Assembly (NCBI GenBank): GCA_965368975.1
Contig: CBDUPA010000013.1
Location: forward strand, 1-64,000
DNA length: 64,000 bases
Reading direction: 5' to 3'
Source: an uncultured bacterium
GTDB lineage: Bacteria; Acidobacteriota; Thermoanaerobaculia; Multivoradales; JAHZIX01
Below the pieces are notes generated by a model. That model was not told where the DNA came from, did no database searches, and saw only the letters and a list, made by a program, of their open reading frames with translations. Numbering within the stretch: position 1 is the stretch's first letter; each line of letters begins with the position of its first letter. The position numbers and the translations under genes are program-made. Positions 8,320-18,799 of the stretch are shown here, piece by piece.

Positions 8320-9312
8320 TCATCCGCGTGCTTCGCGAATGGCGGCCGTCAAGGCAGGCACGACCTTGTGCAGATCACCAACGATGCCGTAGTTCGATAC
8401 GTTGAAGATCGGAGCCTTCTTGTCTTGGTTGATCGCCACGATGCAACCTGAGCCCTTCATGCCGACCAGGTGCTGGATGGCGCCGGAGATCCCGATTGCC
8501 AGGTAGAGCTTTGGTGCCACCGTCTGGCCGCTGGACCCGATCTGGCGGTCACGCTCGATCCAGCCGCTATCGATCACCGGTCGACTGGCGGCCAGCTCGG
8601 CCCCGAGGACCTCGGCTAGTTCACGCAGTGGTTGCAGTTTGTCGGCATCGCCGACGCCGCGGCCGACGGCGACGATGACATCGACCTTGGTCAAGTCGAC
8701 CTGGTCGCCGGAGACTTCCTCGACACCGAGGATCTCGCGGTCGAGTTCGAGGGTCGCGACGGTGACCTCTTCGATCTGCGCGCTGCCGCTCGCCGCATCG
8801 TCTGCTTGGAAGGCCCCCGACTGCACGGACATCAACATGGGGCCGTCCCCCTTGATGCGCACGGTGGCGACCATCTTGCCCCCCAGAATGGGGCGCTGGA
8901 AGTGCAGCTCGCTGCCACCTTCACCGGTGACGGTCGCGAAGCTGGTGATCTCGGGCAGCAACCCGGCGTCGAGGGTCTGCGCCAGGCGCGGATAGTAGTC
9001 GACACTCTGATAGGTGTGGGGGAAGACGACGAAGGCCGGTGCCGCGTCGCGGATCAGCGGTGCAAGGACAGCACTATAGCCTCCCGGAGTGTAGTCGCCG
9101 AGGAGTTCGTGGTTGGCGACGTAGACGCGCGCCAGGTCGAAGCCCGCGACTTCCTGTGCCAACTCACCGACGCCGCTGCCCAGCAGGACGGCTTCGGCTT
9201 CTCCACCGATCTCGGCCGCCAGACGCTGACCGGCGGTGATCGCTTCGCGCGACATCCGGTGCAGCTTACCGTCGCGCTGCTGGAGGACGATCCAGATCTT
9301 GCTCGCCATCAC
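8320..9312 (-). CDS. etfA: Electron transfer flavoprotein alpha subunit
   Basis: [10 protein letters not shown] and [29 protein letters not shown]. Confidence 0.96.
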   Translation of the reverse strand: MMASKIWIVLQQRDGKLHRMSREAITAGQRLAAEIGGEAEAVLLGSGVGELAQEVAGFDLARVYVANHELLGDYTPGGYSAVLAPLIRDAAPAFVVFPHTYQSVDYYPRLAQTLDAGLLPEITSFATVTGEGGSELHFQRPILGGKMVATVRIKGDGPMLMSVQSGAFQADDAASGSAQIEEVTVATLELDREILGVEEVSGDQVDLTKVDVIVAVGRGVGDADKLQPLRELAEVLGAELAASRPVIDSGWIERDRQIGSSGQTVAPKLYLAIGISGAIQHLVGMKGSGCIVAINQDKKAPIFNVSNYGIVGDLHKVVPALTAAIREARG

Positions 9313-10115
9313 AGTACCCTCGCTTCCCGTTGCAGCTTCTCGACCAGAGCGCGCGCGGCGTCGGCCGGATCTCCTTCGATCATGTGGGCTCCTTCCCCAC
9401 TGTCGGGGAACGCTACCTGGACGACCTCGAGTCGCGAACCCGCGGCACCCACGGCGGCGGGGTCGAGACCGAGGTCAGCGGCACCAACTATCTTCTTTGG
9501 CTTCTTCTTGGCCTTCATGATCGCCGGCAGCTTGGGATAGCGCGGCTGGTTGAGGCCTGCCTGGATTTCGAGCACGGCGGGCATCTGCAGGCGCAGGATC
9601 TCGTTCATGCCGCTCTCCATCTCGCGCACGACTCTCAGGGTACCCGACTCCTCCACCTCGACGCCCATCACCAGCCATGCGTGAGGCCAGTCGAGGTGAC
9701 CAGCGAGCAGCGAACCGGTGCCGCCGTAGCCGACATCGTCGGACTGCGAACCGGTGAGCACGAGATCGAAGGCGCCGCCTTCTTCCGCCTCGGCGCGCAC
9801 GGCTGCGGCCAGGGCGCGGGCGATGGCGGTCGCATCGCCGCCTTCGAAGGCTTCGTCGTTCAGATGCACCGCCGACGCGGCGCCGAGCGCCAGCGCCTTG
9901 AGCAGAGCGTCGCTCACGCGCGCCGGCCCGAGGCTGAAGACGACGACTTCACCGCCGTGCTTCTCGGTCAGCTGGAGAGCTTCTTCGAGCGAATATCGAT
10001 CGCTCTCATTGATCACGAACGGCAGATCTTCTTCGTCGATCCACTTGCCGTCCTTGCCGACCCGAAGCCGAGCTTCGGTATCCGGCACTTGTTTTACACA
10101 AACCGCAATTCTCAT
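9309..10115 (-). CDS. etfB: Electron transfer flavoprotein beta subunit
   Basis: MRIAVCVKQVPD, GSQSDD and NQPRYP..IMKAKKK. Confidence 0.96.
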   Translation of the reverse strand: MRIAVCVKQVPDTEARLRVGKDGKWIDEEDLPFVINESDRYSLEEALQLTEKHGGEVVVFSLGPARVSDALLKALALGAASAVHLNDEAFEGGDATAIARALAAAVRAEAEEGGAFDLVLTGSQSDDVGYGGTGSLLAGHLDWPHAWLVMGVEVEESGTLRVVREMESGMNEILRLQMPAVLEIQAGLNQPRYPKLPAIMKAKKKPKKIVGAADLGLDPAAVGAAGSRLEVVQVAFPDSGEGAHMIEGDPADAARALVEKLQREARVL

Positions 10116-10173
10116 GGAGCCCTTCTCCTAAGGGGGTGAGTTGGCAGAAATCTGGGAACTGAATTTGGGAAGA

Positions 10174-10248
10174 GGCCTGTCGCGGCCCTGCCTGTCGCGG
10201 CCTCAACCTGGAGCGGCGCGGCCTGTCGCGGCCCTGCCTGTCGCGGCC
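10174..10248. repeat. Duplicated 29-bp block made of 15-bp units (CCTGTCGCGGCCCTG)
   Basis: GGCCTGTCGCGGCCCTGCCTGTCGCGGCC at 10174-10202 and 10220-10248. Confidence 0.8.
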
Positions 10249-10775
10249 CGACCGTGAGTCGCGCCACCTGGGTTGGCGCCTCCCTGCGAGGGCAGCAGCT
10301 GGTCCTGGAGCAGCGCGAGGTCCGGATTGAAGAGGTAGATACGATCGTCCAGAACCAGGCTGGGGACCACCCGCCGGCCACCGCTGCGTTCCAGGATCAG
10401 CGCCTCGGCCTTGTCATTGGTGTCGAGGTCGACCTCTAGATAGGTCACTCCCGCCCCTTCCATGAAACGCTTGACGCGCTGACAGTCAGGACACCAGGTG
10501 GCACTGTAGAGGACAATCTTGCGCGGTGCAGGGAGCTGACCATCGAGCAGGCGGTAGGCTTCTTCGCGGTCCATTCGCAGGCCGACGAGCCGTAGCTTGT
10601 TGCCTGCGTCCGTGAGCAGGAGTGCCGGCAGGTCCTTGCGTGGGGAGATTCCCAGTTTGATCAGCTGGTGAGCCGCCGAGGGGTCCCGCGCCAGGTCGGT
10701 GATGAAGCCAACCGCCGGTGGGATCTGGGGGCTCTGCGAGGAGTTGTAGATGTATCGACAGTCCAGGTGACTCAT
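10203..10775 (-). CDS. Glutaredoxin/NrdH-like protein with N-terminal extension
   Basis: LYSATWCPDCQRVK (CxxC) and GGRRVVPSL cis-Pro motif; start placed at ATG 10775. Confidence 0.78.
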   Translation of the reverse strand: MSHLDCRYIYNSSQSPQIPPAVGFITDLARDPSAAHQLIKLGISPRKDLPALLLTDAGNKLRLVGLRMDREEAYRLLDGQLPAPRKIVLYSATWCPDCQRVKRFMEGAGVTYLEVDLDTNDKAEALILERSGGRRVVPSLVLDDRIYLFNPDLALLQDQLLPSQGGANPGGATHGRAATGRAATGRAAPG

Positions 10776-11144
10776 ACTGCTTGCTGCATCTCCGCTTGCT
10801 GCATCCCTACGGGTGCGTCTCTCATGAGCTTGTGTCTCTGTGACGAGTTGTGTCGCAAATGAGTGGCATCTCCACGAGCAAGGCGTACAACATCGTACCA
10901 CGTGCCGTTGGTAGCGGTACAACGATACGGCAGAGCTGGAGTCGTTCTTGCATCATCTTCTAGAAACGTCGACTCTATGACGGTAGCTTCCGGCCGAGGA
11001 GTGGCACCGCAGAGTCGCGTGGACAGTGCAGGCACCGGCGTGCTAATTTCGCGCCGGTCGAAGCTATATGGGGCGACACCATCCGTACACTGAGGACTCG
11101 CCCACTGGCCGCAATCCAGATCGAAGAAAGGGGACGTCGACGCT

Positions 11145-11924
11145 GTGACCGCTCCGCTCGCCAACCTGACCCAGTCCGTCCATCTCCTGTTCAACTCGTC
11201 CCTGCCGTCCTTCGTCGCTCAGGTGACGCCCGCCGCAGCCGCTGACGAAGTCGGCTTGGTCGACTGGTTCCTGCGTGCAGGCCCTGTCGCCAAGATCATC
11301 TTCGGCATGCTCCTGCTGGCCTCGGTGGTCAGTTGGACGATCATGATCGGCAAGTTCCTGCAACTGCGCCGTGCCGAACGCCAGAGTGAAGAGTTCCTCC
11401 GCATTTTTCATCGTAGCGCCCGCTTCAGCGAGGTCAATGACGCCACGCGCGAGCTGACCGAGGCACCGCTGGTCGGCCTGTTCCGTTCCGGCTATGCCGA
11501 GATCGATACGCAGATCAAGAGTTCCCGACAGATGGATGACGAGCGGTCACGCTACCTGCTGCAGTCGCTGACCGGGCTGGATCGCAGCCTGCGTAGAGCG
11601 CTGCACGTGGAGTTGGCAAACCTCAGCCGCGGCACGCAATTCCTCGCCACTACGGCGTCGGCGTCACCGTTCATCGGCCTTTTCGGCACAGTCTGGGGCA
11701 TCATGATCGCCTTCCGCGACATCGCCAACTCCGGCTCGACATCGATCATCGCGGTCGCTCCCGGCATCGCCGAGGCGCTGATCAACACGGCCGCGGGTCT
11801 CGGGGCCGCCATCCCGGCGCTGATCGGCTACAACGTCTTCGCGCAGCGCTTGCGAGAGGTCCGGGCGCAGATGGAGGACTTCGTGCTCGAGTTCCTCAAT
11901 CTAGCCGAGCGCAACTTCACCTGA
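11145..11924 (+). CDS. tolQ: TolQ (MotA/TolQ/ExbB family)
   Basis: SPFIGLFGTVWGIM and VAPGIAEALINTAAGL; first gene of the tol-pal cluster. Confidence 0.93.
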   Translation: MTAPLANLTQSVHLLFNSSLPSFVAQVTPAAAADEVGLVDWFLRAGPVAKIIFGMLLLASVVSWTIMIGKFLQLRRAERQSEEFLRIFHRSARFSEVNDATRELTEAPLVGLFRSGYAEIDTQIKSSRQMDDERSRYLLQSLTGLDRSLRRALHVELANLSRGTQFLATTASASPFIGLFGTVWGIMIAFRDIANSGSTSIIAVAPGIAEALINTAAGLGAAIPALIGYNVFAQRLREVRAQMEDFVLEFLNLAERNFT

Positions 11925-11974
11925 GGCCCGTCAACTGACGTAGCGCCTCTGCGAATGCATCACCAGGAGTAACC

Positions 11975-12403
11975 ATGGCCTTCACCCCACAGGATTCCGA
12001 TGAAGGTGTGATCTCCGACATCAACGTCACACCGCTGGTAGACGTCATGTTGGTGCTCCTGATCATCTTCATGATCACGGCGCCGATGTTGCATCAAGGG
12101 ATCGAAGTGGCTCTGCCGCAGAGCAGTGCCAGTTCCCTGCCCCAGCGCGTCGAGGATCCGTTGGTCGTTTCGATCAACCAGGATGGCATGGTGTTCCTAC
12201 GTGACCAGCCGATCCATGAAACGCTGCTGGTCGACCGTCTCAAGGGCATGATCGAGAGTCGCGGCGACGACAGCGTGTTCCTGAAAGGCGACAAGGACGT
12301 TCCCTACGGCCGGGTCATCGAAGTGTTGGATATTCTCTATCAAGGCGGGATCACGCGTGTCGGCATGGTGACGGACTCGAGCCAAACGTCTCGTCGACGC
12401 TAG
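11975..12403 (+). CDS. tolR: TolR/ExbD
   Basis: INVTPLVDVMLVLLIIFMITAP. Confidence 0.94.
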   Translation: MAFTPQDSDEGVISDINVTPLVDVMLVLLIIFMITAPMLHQGIEVALPQSSASSLPQRVEDPLVVSINQDGMVFLRDQPIHETLLVDRLKGMIESRGDDSVFLKGDKDVPYGRVIEVLDILYQGGITRVGMVTDSSQTSRRR

Positions 12404-12456
12404 AGAGCATGCGCCACCGCGCAGGGGGCGAAAGGAAACCGAGGTAGCCAGAGTTC

Positions 12457-13251
12457 ATGGAAGTCACCGTCGAGAGCATCCTGGAACAGCGTGCCGAGAA
12501 CCGGAACCGCCGCCGCAACATCGCGGCGCTGGTGGCGGCTCTGCTCTTCCACGGCACCCTCGCCGCGGTGGTGATCTTCTTGCCGAGTTGGTTGCACGAG
12601 GAGCCACCACCGCTCAAGTACGTGTCGGTGCAGATCGTGCCCCTGCAAGCGCTCGGCGTCGAGGACGCGCCGAACCGCCCGCGCTCACGGCCGCGCCCAG
12701 CGCCGACACCGGAACCACCGCCGCCGGAACCACCGCCGCCCGCGCCGGTCCAGCCGCCACCGACGCCGACCACTACCGAAGAGCCGAAAGCGGTCGATCC
12801 CGAGTTGCCGAGCCTGGCAACGACACCGCAGCGACCCCAGCCGGCACCTCCCTCGTCGCCGCCAGCCACCGACCCGGCATCGCCGTCGCGCCTGTCCGAC
12901 GGCCCGACACAAGGTTCGGCGAGTGGCGATCCTCGAGGCACTTCCGGCTTTGGCGGCGGTAGCGTCAGCTTCGACAACCCGGAGTTCACCTACGGGTATT
13001 ACATCGACCGCATGCTGGCCAGTCTGCGGCCGCACTGGAAACGCCCCCCGGTGCAGACCGAGATCGAAGCTGAAGTCTACTTTCGTATCGCCCGCAACGG
13101 CGAGGTCAGCGATGTGCGCCTGGTGTCCTCGTCCGGGTACACACCGTTCGACTTGGCGGCGGAGAAGGCGGTTCGCGATGCCTCGCCCTTGCCGCCGCTG
13201 CCGGCTGGCTACCGACATCCCAGCCTGGGTGTCACTCTTGTCGTCCGTTGA
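12457..13251 (+). CDS. tolA: TolA/TonB family energy transducer
   Basis: TM helix with conserved His, Pro-rich linker, C-terminal SSG..FD.AA..AV..ASPLPPLP. Confidence 0.82.
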   Translation: MEVTVESILEQRAENRNRRRNIAALVAALLFHGTLAAVVIFLPSWLHEEPPPLKYVSVQIVPLQALGVEDAPNRPRSRPRPAPTPEPPPPEPPPPAPVQPPPTPTTTEEPKAVDPELPSLATTPQRPQPAPPSSPPATDPASPSRLSDGPTQGSASGDPRGTSGFGGGSVSFDNPEFTYGYYIDRMLASLRPHWKRPPVQTEIEAEVYFRIARNGEVSDVRLVSSSGYTPFDLAAEKAVRDASPLPPLPAGYRHPSLGVTLVVR

Positions 13252-13293
13252 CCCATCCCTAGAAACCCTCACTTCCCGGGAGCCGACCTAATC

Positions 13294-14697
13294 ATGAGCC
13301 ATCTCCGCCGGTCCTCTTCCTGCCCCGTCACGCTCGGCTTTGCCTCCACCTCGCTCCCCCGCCTGCTAGCGACCGCCTCACTGCTGGCCGCTGGCTGGCT
13401 CGCGATCGCCAGTCCCCTCACGGCTCAAGCGCCACCGCCCGCTAGTGAGGGCGACGACGTGCGCGTGGTGCTCGAGGATCGCGTCGCGGCCCGCCTGCGT
13501 CTGGCCTTCCCGAGGTTGGAGAAGGCACGGCCGATGAGCGACGAAGTATCGTTGGCGGCGGAAGAGCTGGAGCGCACCCTACGCGAGGATCTTGACGAGA
13601 CCCGTGTCTTCGATATCCAGGGGCCGTGGGCGCTGCAGGTGCTACAGCTGACCGGCGATCCGCAGCGTGATCTGATCGAATACCGTTCTCTCGGCAATCA
13701 GCTGCTGCTGCTCACCAGCGTGCGGGACGACGGCGGCCGGCTGGTTTTCGAGGGGCGGGTGATCGACGTCACCAACGGTGAATCGGTCTTGGGCAAGCGC
13801 TACCGCGGTACCACCGCAGCGGCACGCCGCATCGCTCACACGTTCGCCGACGAGATGCTCTACTTCCTCACCGGCCTGCGTGGCATTGCGCTCACCGAGA
13901 TTGCATTCGTCTCGAACCGTAGCGGTAATAAAGAGGTCTACGTCATGGACTACGACGGTCGCAACCAGCGTGCCGTCACCAGCCACCGGTCGATCTCGAT
14001 GGCACCTGAGTGGCACCCTCGCAACAGTGGCTTGCTCTACCTTTCCTACTACCAGGGGCGCCCCGGTCTCTATTTCGCCGAGCTCCCGAGCGGCGCCAAG
14101 CGTCCCGTGGTTTCCGATGACGCGCAGAACTTCTCGGCCGCTCTGTCTCCCGACGGACGCACCGTCGCGTTCGGGCGCTCACTGAGTGGCAACGTCGAGA
14201 TCTTCACCGCCAACTTCGATGGTAGTGGCCTACGACGCCTGACCCGTACCGGCTCGATCGACACAAACCCCGCCTGGAGTCCGGATGGTAGCCGTCTCGC
14301 CTTCACCTCCGGGCGCACCGGCCGGCCGATGATCTACGTGATGAACGCCGACGGCAGCGAGTCTCGCCGGGTCACGTTCGACGGCGAGTACAACGACGGC
14401 GCGGCCTGGCACCCGACGCAGCCGCGCCTGGTCTATGCCAGTCGCCGTAACGGTACCTTCCAGATCGCCGTCACGGACTTCGCCACGAACGAGACCTACA
14501 CTCTGACCAGTGGACCCGGCGACAAGGAGCATCCGGCTTTTTCTCCAGATGGGCGCCGTATCGCCTACAGTCACAAGCGTTCCGGACGCACACAGATCTT
14601 TGTCATCGACGCTGATGGCAGCAACTTGAAGCAGCTGACACAGGACGGAAACAACTTCTCGCCGAACTGGTCGTACTACCCTCCCGAAAGGCGCTAA
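13294..14697 (+). CDS. tolB: TolB beta-propeller protein
   Basis: RRIAHTFADE, IAFVSNRSGNKEVYVMDYDG and repeated PD40 (WSPDG) units. Confidence 0.93.
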   Translation: MSHLRRSSSCPVTLGFASTSLPRLLATASLLAAGWLAIASPLTAQAPPPASEGDDVRVVLEDRVAARLRLAFPRLEKARPMSDEVSLAAEELERTLREDLDETRVFDIQGPWALQVLQLTGDPQRDLIEYRSLGNQLLLLTSVRDDGGRLVFEGRVIDVTNGESVLGKRYRGTTAAARRIAHTFADEMLYFLTGLRGIALTEIAFVSNRSGNKEVYVMDYDGRNQRAVTSHRSISMAPEWHPRNSGLLYLSYYQGRPGLYFAELPSGAKRPVVSDDAQNFSAALSPDGRTVAFGRSLSGNVEIFTANFDGSGLRRLTRTGSIDTNPAWSPDGSRLAFTSGRTGRPMIYVMNADGSESRRVTFDGEYNDGAAWHPTQPRLVYASRRNGTFQIAVTDFATNETYTLTSGPGDKEHPAFSPDGRRIAYSHKRSGRTQIFVIDADGSNLKQLTQDGNNFSPNWSYYPPERR

Positions 14698-14880
14698 AAC
14701 CATTCCGTTACGAGGGGTTTACGGTTGCGGCGCGAACAGACCATCTGCTATGGTACCTCCGCAATGGCGTTGACCCAGCCTCACACCCAAAAGTCCAGTC
14801 CGACGACCACTTCCAACGCGTCGGAGCTGGAGCCACCCCTGTTGGAGAATTCACGGTCCGTGATTGAGGAGATGACGAGC

Positions 14881-15468
14881 ATGAGCCGCACTTGGATGCT
14901 TTGGAGTGCCGTGCTGTTGGCCGGGGCGATGATCGTCGTGACCGGCTGCCAGAAGGACGATCCGGTCACCCCTGAAGAGACGATTGAAGTCGTTCAGGAA
15001 CCGCCGCCACCGCCAGTGGAAGTCGAACCGCCGCCACCGCCACCGCCGGCGGATCCGGTCGAGAAGCCCTGGTTCGAGGACAAAGATCTACGCACGCTGA
15101 ACGACGAGGCGATCCGCCGAGGCTTCCAGCCCAACGTGCACTTCGCATTCGACAGCGCGGAGCTGACCGAAGACGCTCGCGAGAAGCTGGAACAGAACGC
15201 GCGCTTCCTGCGGGAGAACCCCTCGCTGCGCGTCAACATCGAGGGTCACTGTGACGAGCGTGGTACCAACGAGTACAACCTTGCCCTGGGTGAGAAGCGC
15301 GCAAGCTCGGCGATGGACTTCGTAGCCTCCCTCGGGGTTGAAGCCAACCGTATGCGCACGATCAGCTACGGCGAGGAACGTCCGGTTTGCACCGAGAGTG
15401 ACGAGAGTTGTTGGTGGCGCAACCGCCGGGCCTACTTCGTGCTGACCCTGGCTGACAGCGGCTACTGA
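14881..15468 (+). CDS. pal: Peptidoglycan-associated lipoprotein Pal
   Basis: Lipobox VTGC; IEGHCDERGTNEYNLALGEKRA, ISYGEERP and NRRA. Confidence 0.95.
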   Translation: MSRTWMLWSAVLLAGAMIVVTGCQKDDPVTPEETIEVVQEPPPPPVEVEPPPPPPPADPVEKPWFEDKDLRTLNDEAIRRGFQPNVHFAFDSAELTEDAREKLEQNARFLRENPSLRVNIEGHCDERGTNEYNLALGEKRASSAMDFVASLGVEANRMRTISYGEERPVCTESDESCWWRNRRAYFVLTLADSGY

Positions 15469-15547
15469 CACGCGGCGCTCGCTGAACTCGTCCCGTCGCT
15501 TCTCTATCGAGGCGGCGGGCTTTTCCGTGCCTGGAGAAAGGCCTTCC

Positions 15548-16438
15548 ATGACCCCGTCCGCCATGGTCCGACTCACGAAAACTCGGCTCACCTCCCCTTC
15601 CCCGCCGGCTGTCAGCTACCTAGCCGCCTCGTGGCTACTTGCTTTCGTGGTCACCACTACCGGCTGTAGCTCCGGTCCCAGTCCAGAGATGCGCAGCATG
15701 CAGGCACAGCTGGCTGACCTGCAGCGCCAGGTACTGCAGCTACAGCGCCAGGTGGCGACGCAGGAAGATGTTGCTACCCTGCAGCAGCAGCTCTCACAGC
15801 AAGGGGAAACGACTCTGCGTGCCAATGCAGACAGTCAAGTTCGCTTCGACAACTTGCGGCGTTCCATCGAACAGCTGGAGGCGCAGGTACAGGACGGCAA
15901 TCACCAGCTGTCACAGCTCTCCGAGCAACTCAATAGCGCCAACCGGGAGCTACAGCAGATCGCCGCCAATATCGGTACGGGTGGGCTACCCACGGTGCGC
16001 CCTCCAGCGAGTGCGCCCGCGAGTGCCGGTTCCTCGGGCTCACCTGGACAGACGCCAGAAGATAAGTACAGCGGAGCTTACAACGCCTACCTGCGGGGTG
16101 ACTTCGCCACCGCGATCCGTGGTTTCCACAGCTACGTGCGCGATCACCCGGACACCGACCTCGCCGACAACGCGCTGTACTGGCTCGGTGAGTGCCACTA
16201 TCGGCAGGGGCGCTACCGCCAAGCCATCGAGCAATTCGATGAGCTCCTGAGCCGTCACCTGAGAAGCGACAAGACGGCCAGCGCTCTGCTCAAGAAGGGC
16301 TATGCTTTCCTCGCGCTCAACGAGCGCTCCCAAGGCATCCTGCAACTGCAGCTGGTCGTTCGTGACTACGAGACCAGCGATGAGGCTGACCTTGCTCGTC
16401 AACGTCTAGCGGAACTCGGCGTTGACCCGACCTCCTGA
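15548..16438 (+). CDS. cpoB: CpoB/YbgF tol-pal TPR protein
   Basis: Coiled coil, then LADNALYWLGE and ALLKKG TPR motifs; follows pal; start uncertain. Confidence 0.88.
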   Translation: MTPSAMVRLTKTRLTSPSPPAVSYLAASWLLAFVVTTTGCSSGPSPEMRSMQAQLADLQRQVLQLQRQVATQEDVATLQQQLSQQGETTLRANADSQVRFDNLRRSIEQLEAQVQDGNHQLSQLSEQLNSANRELQQIAANIGTGGLPTVRPPASAPASAGSSGSPGQTPEDKYSGAYNAYLRGDFATAIRGFHSYVRDHPDTDLADNALYWLGECHYRQGRYRQAIEQFDELLSRHLRSDKTASALLKKGYAFLALNERSQGILQLQLVVRDYETSDEADLARQRLAELGVDPTS

Positions 16439-16654
16439 CTGTGGTAGTTTCTGCACCTACGAATGGACGTGAGTCAAGGTGGCTCGCGTCCTTCGTACGT
16501 TCGGTAACCCAGAACGTTCGGTCATCTAGAACGTAGAAGCCTCTAGCATATTGGGTCACCGAGACCGACGTCACCCGACGCACCTAATTGCATCCACGCA
16601 ACCGCCATTCAATAGCCCGATTCAGCCGAGCCGGACGAGGAGACGGAAGACAGC

Positions 16655-16921
16655 ATGGCCAACTCGAAGCAAGCCGAAAAGCGAATCCGCCAGAACGAGC
16701 GTGACCGGGAGCGCAACCGTGCTGCCCGCTCGCGCATGCGTACGGTGGTCAAGAACCTGCGCCTCGCGATCAGCAACGAAGACGCCGAGACCGCGCAGAA
16801 ACTCCTGGCACCGACCCTGAAGACGATCGACTCGACGGCGCAGAAGAGCGTCATCCACCGCAACGCTGCGGCTCGCTACAAGTCTCGTCTGACCAGGGCT
16901 GTCCAGGCTCTCGCTAGCTGA
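16655..16921 (+). CDS. rpsT: 30S ribosomal protein S20
   Basis: MANSKQAEKRIRQ...VIHRNAAARYKSRL. Confidence 0.97.
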   Translation: MANSKQAEKRIRQNERDRERNRAARSRMRTVVKNLRLAISNEDAETAQKLLAPTLKTIDSTAQKSVIHRNAAARYKSRLTRAVQALAS

Positions 16922-16978
16922 AGCACGCGTCGTACTCTACGACGACCAGGCAGCGCTGACGCCAAAGGGCGCAGAACG

Positions 16979-17011
16979 GCAAAAAGCCGGGGAACTTCCC
17001 CGGCTTTTTGC
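16979..17011. terminator. Bidirectional intrinsic terminator
   Basis: Hairpin GCAAAAAGCCGGGGAACTTCCCCGGCTTTTTGC between convergent rpsT and lptE. Confidence 0.9.
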
Positions 17012-17098
17012 GTGGTGCGCGAGCGAGTTTGGCTTGCTTCTACCCTGCTTTTCTTGCGCAAGATGTTCTTGCGGACGGGCTTCAGTGAGCGACGAGCC

Positions 17099-17677
17099 TC
17101 AGAAGCCTTCCAGCAAATCCGTCACCATCGTCTCAGCGAAGCGCTCCGCTAGTTCCGTGATGGTCTCATCTTCCCGGTTGAAGTAACCGGCCGCACTGAG
17201 GTCGAGCTCATAGGCTTGACGAAAGAGGTAACGATCGTTGCGCCAGATCACGGCACCGCCGTTGGCATCGGCCGGATCGATACGCTGGAAGATCACCTGC
17301 GCGGTCAGCGAGATTTCGTACTCGGTCGCGCGGCCATCTCCGCCAAAGCCTACCGGCGCAGTCGTGTAGCCGACCACGGCTCCGTGCAAGCGTGCGTCGG
17401 CCCCCGCAGGGCTAGTGACCACCTCGAAGCGGCGACGCGTGACGAGTTCGTCGATGATGGCTCGGCTGAGAATCTGCTCCACCTGCGCGCGCGCGGTCCG
17501 GTTCTCTAGCGGTTCGACGTACACCGTCCGCACGTCCTCCGGGATGTTGCTCGCCAGGCCGACCAGGGTATAGCCGCAGCCGCTGAGCGTACCCAAACCG
17601 AGGACCGCCAGCAGCCCAAGGAGCAAGAAGCGCGGAGCGGTGGCAAGAACAGAATCGCGGATGGTCATGTGGATCAT
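17099..17677 (-). CDS. lptE: LPS assembly lipoprotein LptE
   Basis: Lipobox LSGC, then GYTLVG...IPEDVRTVYV..LENRT. Confidence 0.82.
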   Translation of the reverse strand: MIHMTIRDSVLATAPRFLLLGLLAVLGLGTLSGCGYTLVGLASNIPEDVRTVYVEPLENRTARAQVEQILSRAIIDELVTRRRFEVVTSPAGADARLHGAVVGYTTAPVGFGGDGRATEYEISLTAQVIFQRIDPADANGGAVIWRNDRYLFRQAYELDLSAAGYFNREDETITELAERFAETMVTDLLEGF

Positions 17678-18795
17678 CTCCCTCGGGTTGCTGCGCCCCG
17701 TGTGGCAGGGCTGGAACTCAGGTACAGAGCGTGGCGGACGATTCCGGGAAGGCTCAGTTCACGGACAATGGGCTGATCATATCGGTCATGGACCTCGAGG
17801 CGATAGCGTCCAGGCGCCAAACCGACGAACGTGCCACGACCGTGCTGCAGCTGCAACTGCCGTCGCAGGCCACCACCGACCAGCAGAACGGTCGCGTCTG
17901 CCGCTTCTGCAACGCTGACCAGCAGCGCCGCGGCATGCTGGAGATCGCTGTTGCGGCGTGCGGCGACTCCCGGTGCGGCTGCATGATAGATATCGATCTC
18001 CTGCCGGCGATCGTCGCGCCAGACCAGCGAGACGGGCACAGCGACGGATGGACCGGCTGCGTCGTCCACGAGAATCGCGGTGGACACCTGCTCGTTGGCC
18101 AGCGGAACGTAGGTGGCCGGCACATGGTGGTGACTGGACAGAGGATCGCTGAACGCCCAGCCCCGCTGCGGGTAGTAGATCTCGACCCAACGGTGAAAGT
18201 AGCTGTCCGCGGGCGTTGGCACCACCACGATTCCTGGTACCTCGCGTGCCTCGACGCCGACTGCCTGGAGTAAGGCGACCGTGACGCGGGCGATGCCGGT
18301 GCAATACCCGCTGCGCCGAGCGAGCACTGCTTCCGCAGTCTGCGGTTGCGAGCGGTCCAGCTCATAGCGTACATGGCGACTGACCCAGGCCAAGATGCGA
18401 GAGACGGCTTGGTAGTGGGTGCCGGAGCCGGCGGTCACGGCGCGGGCCAGCACCTCGAAGCGATCCGGTTCAGTGTTGCGCAGCGGCGGCAGCTTGAAGC
18501 TTGCTGAGCTTTCGAGTGGCGTCAACTCGACGTTGACGTGGGCAAACCGCCTTTCCGTGCCAGTGCTGTTGACCGACAGTCGATAGCCCAGGTTCCGGTA
18601 GCTGCGCAGCGGGAGTTCGCCCAGCAGCTCGACGCGTGTGGCGTCTGTGCCAGCGAGCGCAACACCGGTAGCTTCGATAGGACCGGCGACACTGCCGGAA
18701 GTCCATGCCAGTGTCGCGGCCAGCAGGACCGCCGGGATCGCTCTGCTGCGTGCGGCCCCGTGGCTCCGACGTGGCGGGCACGGCGGTCGCAGCAC
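17674..18795 (-). CDS. Secreted transglutaminase-like protein
   Basis: Signal-like N-terminus; GYCTGIA (Cys), FHRWVE (His) and FSDP (Asp) triad; start uncertain. Confidence 0.72.
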   Translation of the reverse strand: MLRPPCPPRRSHGAARSRAIPAVLLAATLAWTSGSVAGPIEATGVALAGTDATRVELLGELPLRSYRNLGYRLSVNSTGTERRFAHVNVELTPLESSASFKLPPLRNTEPDRFEVLARAVTAGSGTHYQAVSRILAWVSRHVRYELDRSQPQTAEAVLARRSGYCTGIARVTVALLQAVGVEAREVPGIVVVPTPADSYFHRWVEIYYPQRGWAFSDPLSSHHHVPATYVPLANEQVSTAILVDDAAGPSVAVPVSLVWRDDRRQEIDIYHAAAPGVAARRNSDLQHAAALLVSVAEAADATVLLVGGGLRRQLQLQHGRGTFVGLAPGRYRLEVHDRYDQPIVRELSLPGIVRHALYLSSSPATRGAATRGR

Positions 18796-18799
18796 GGTC

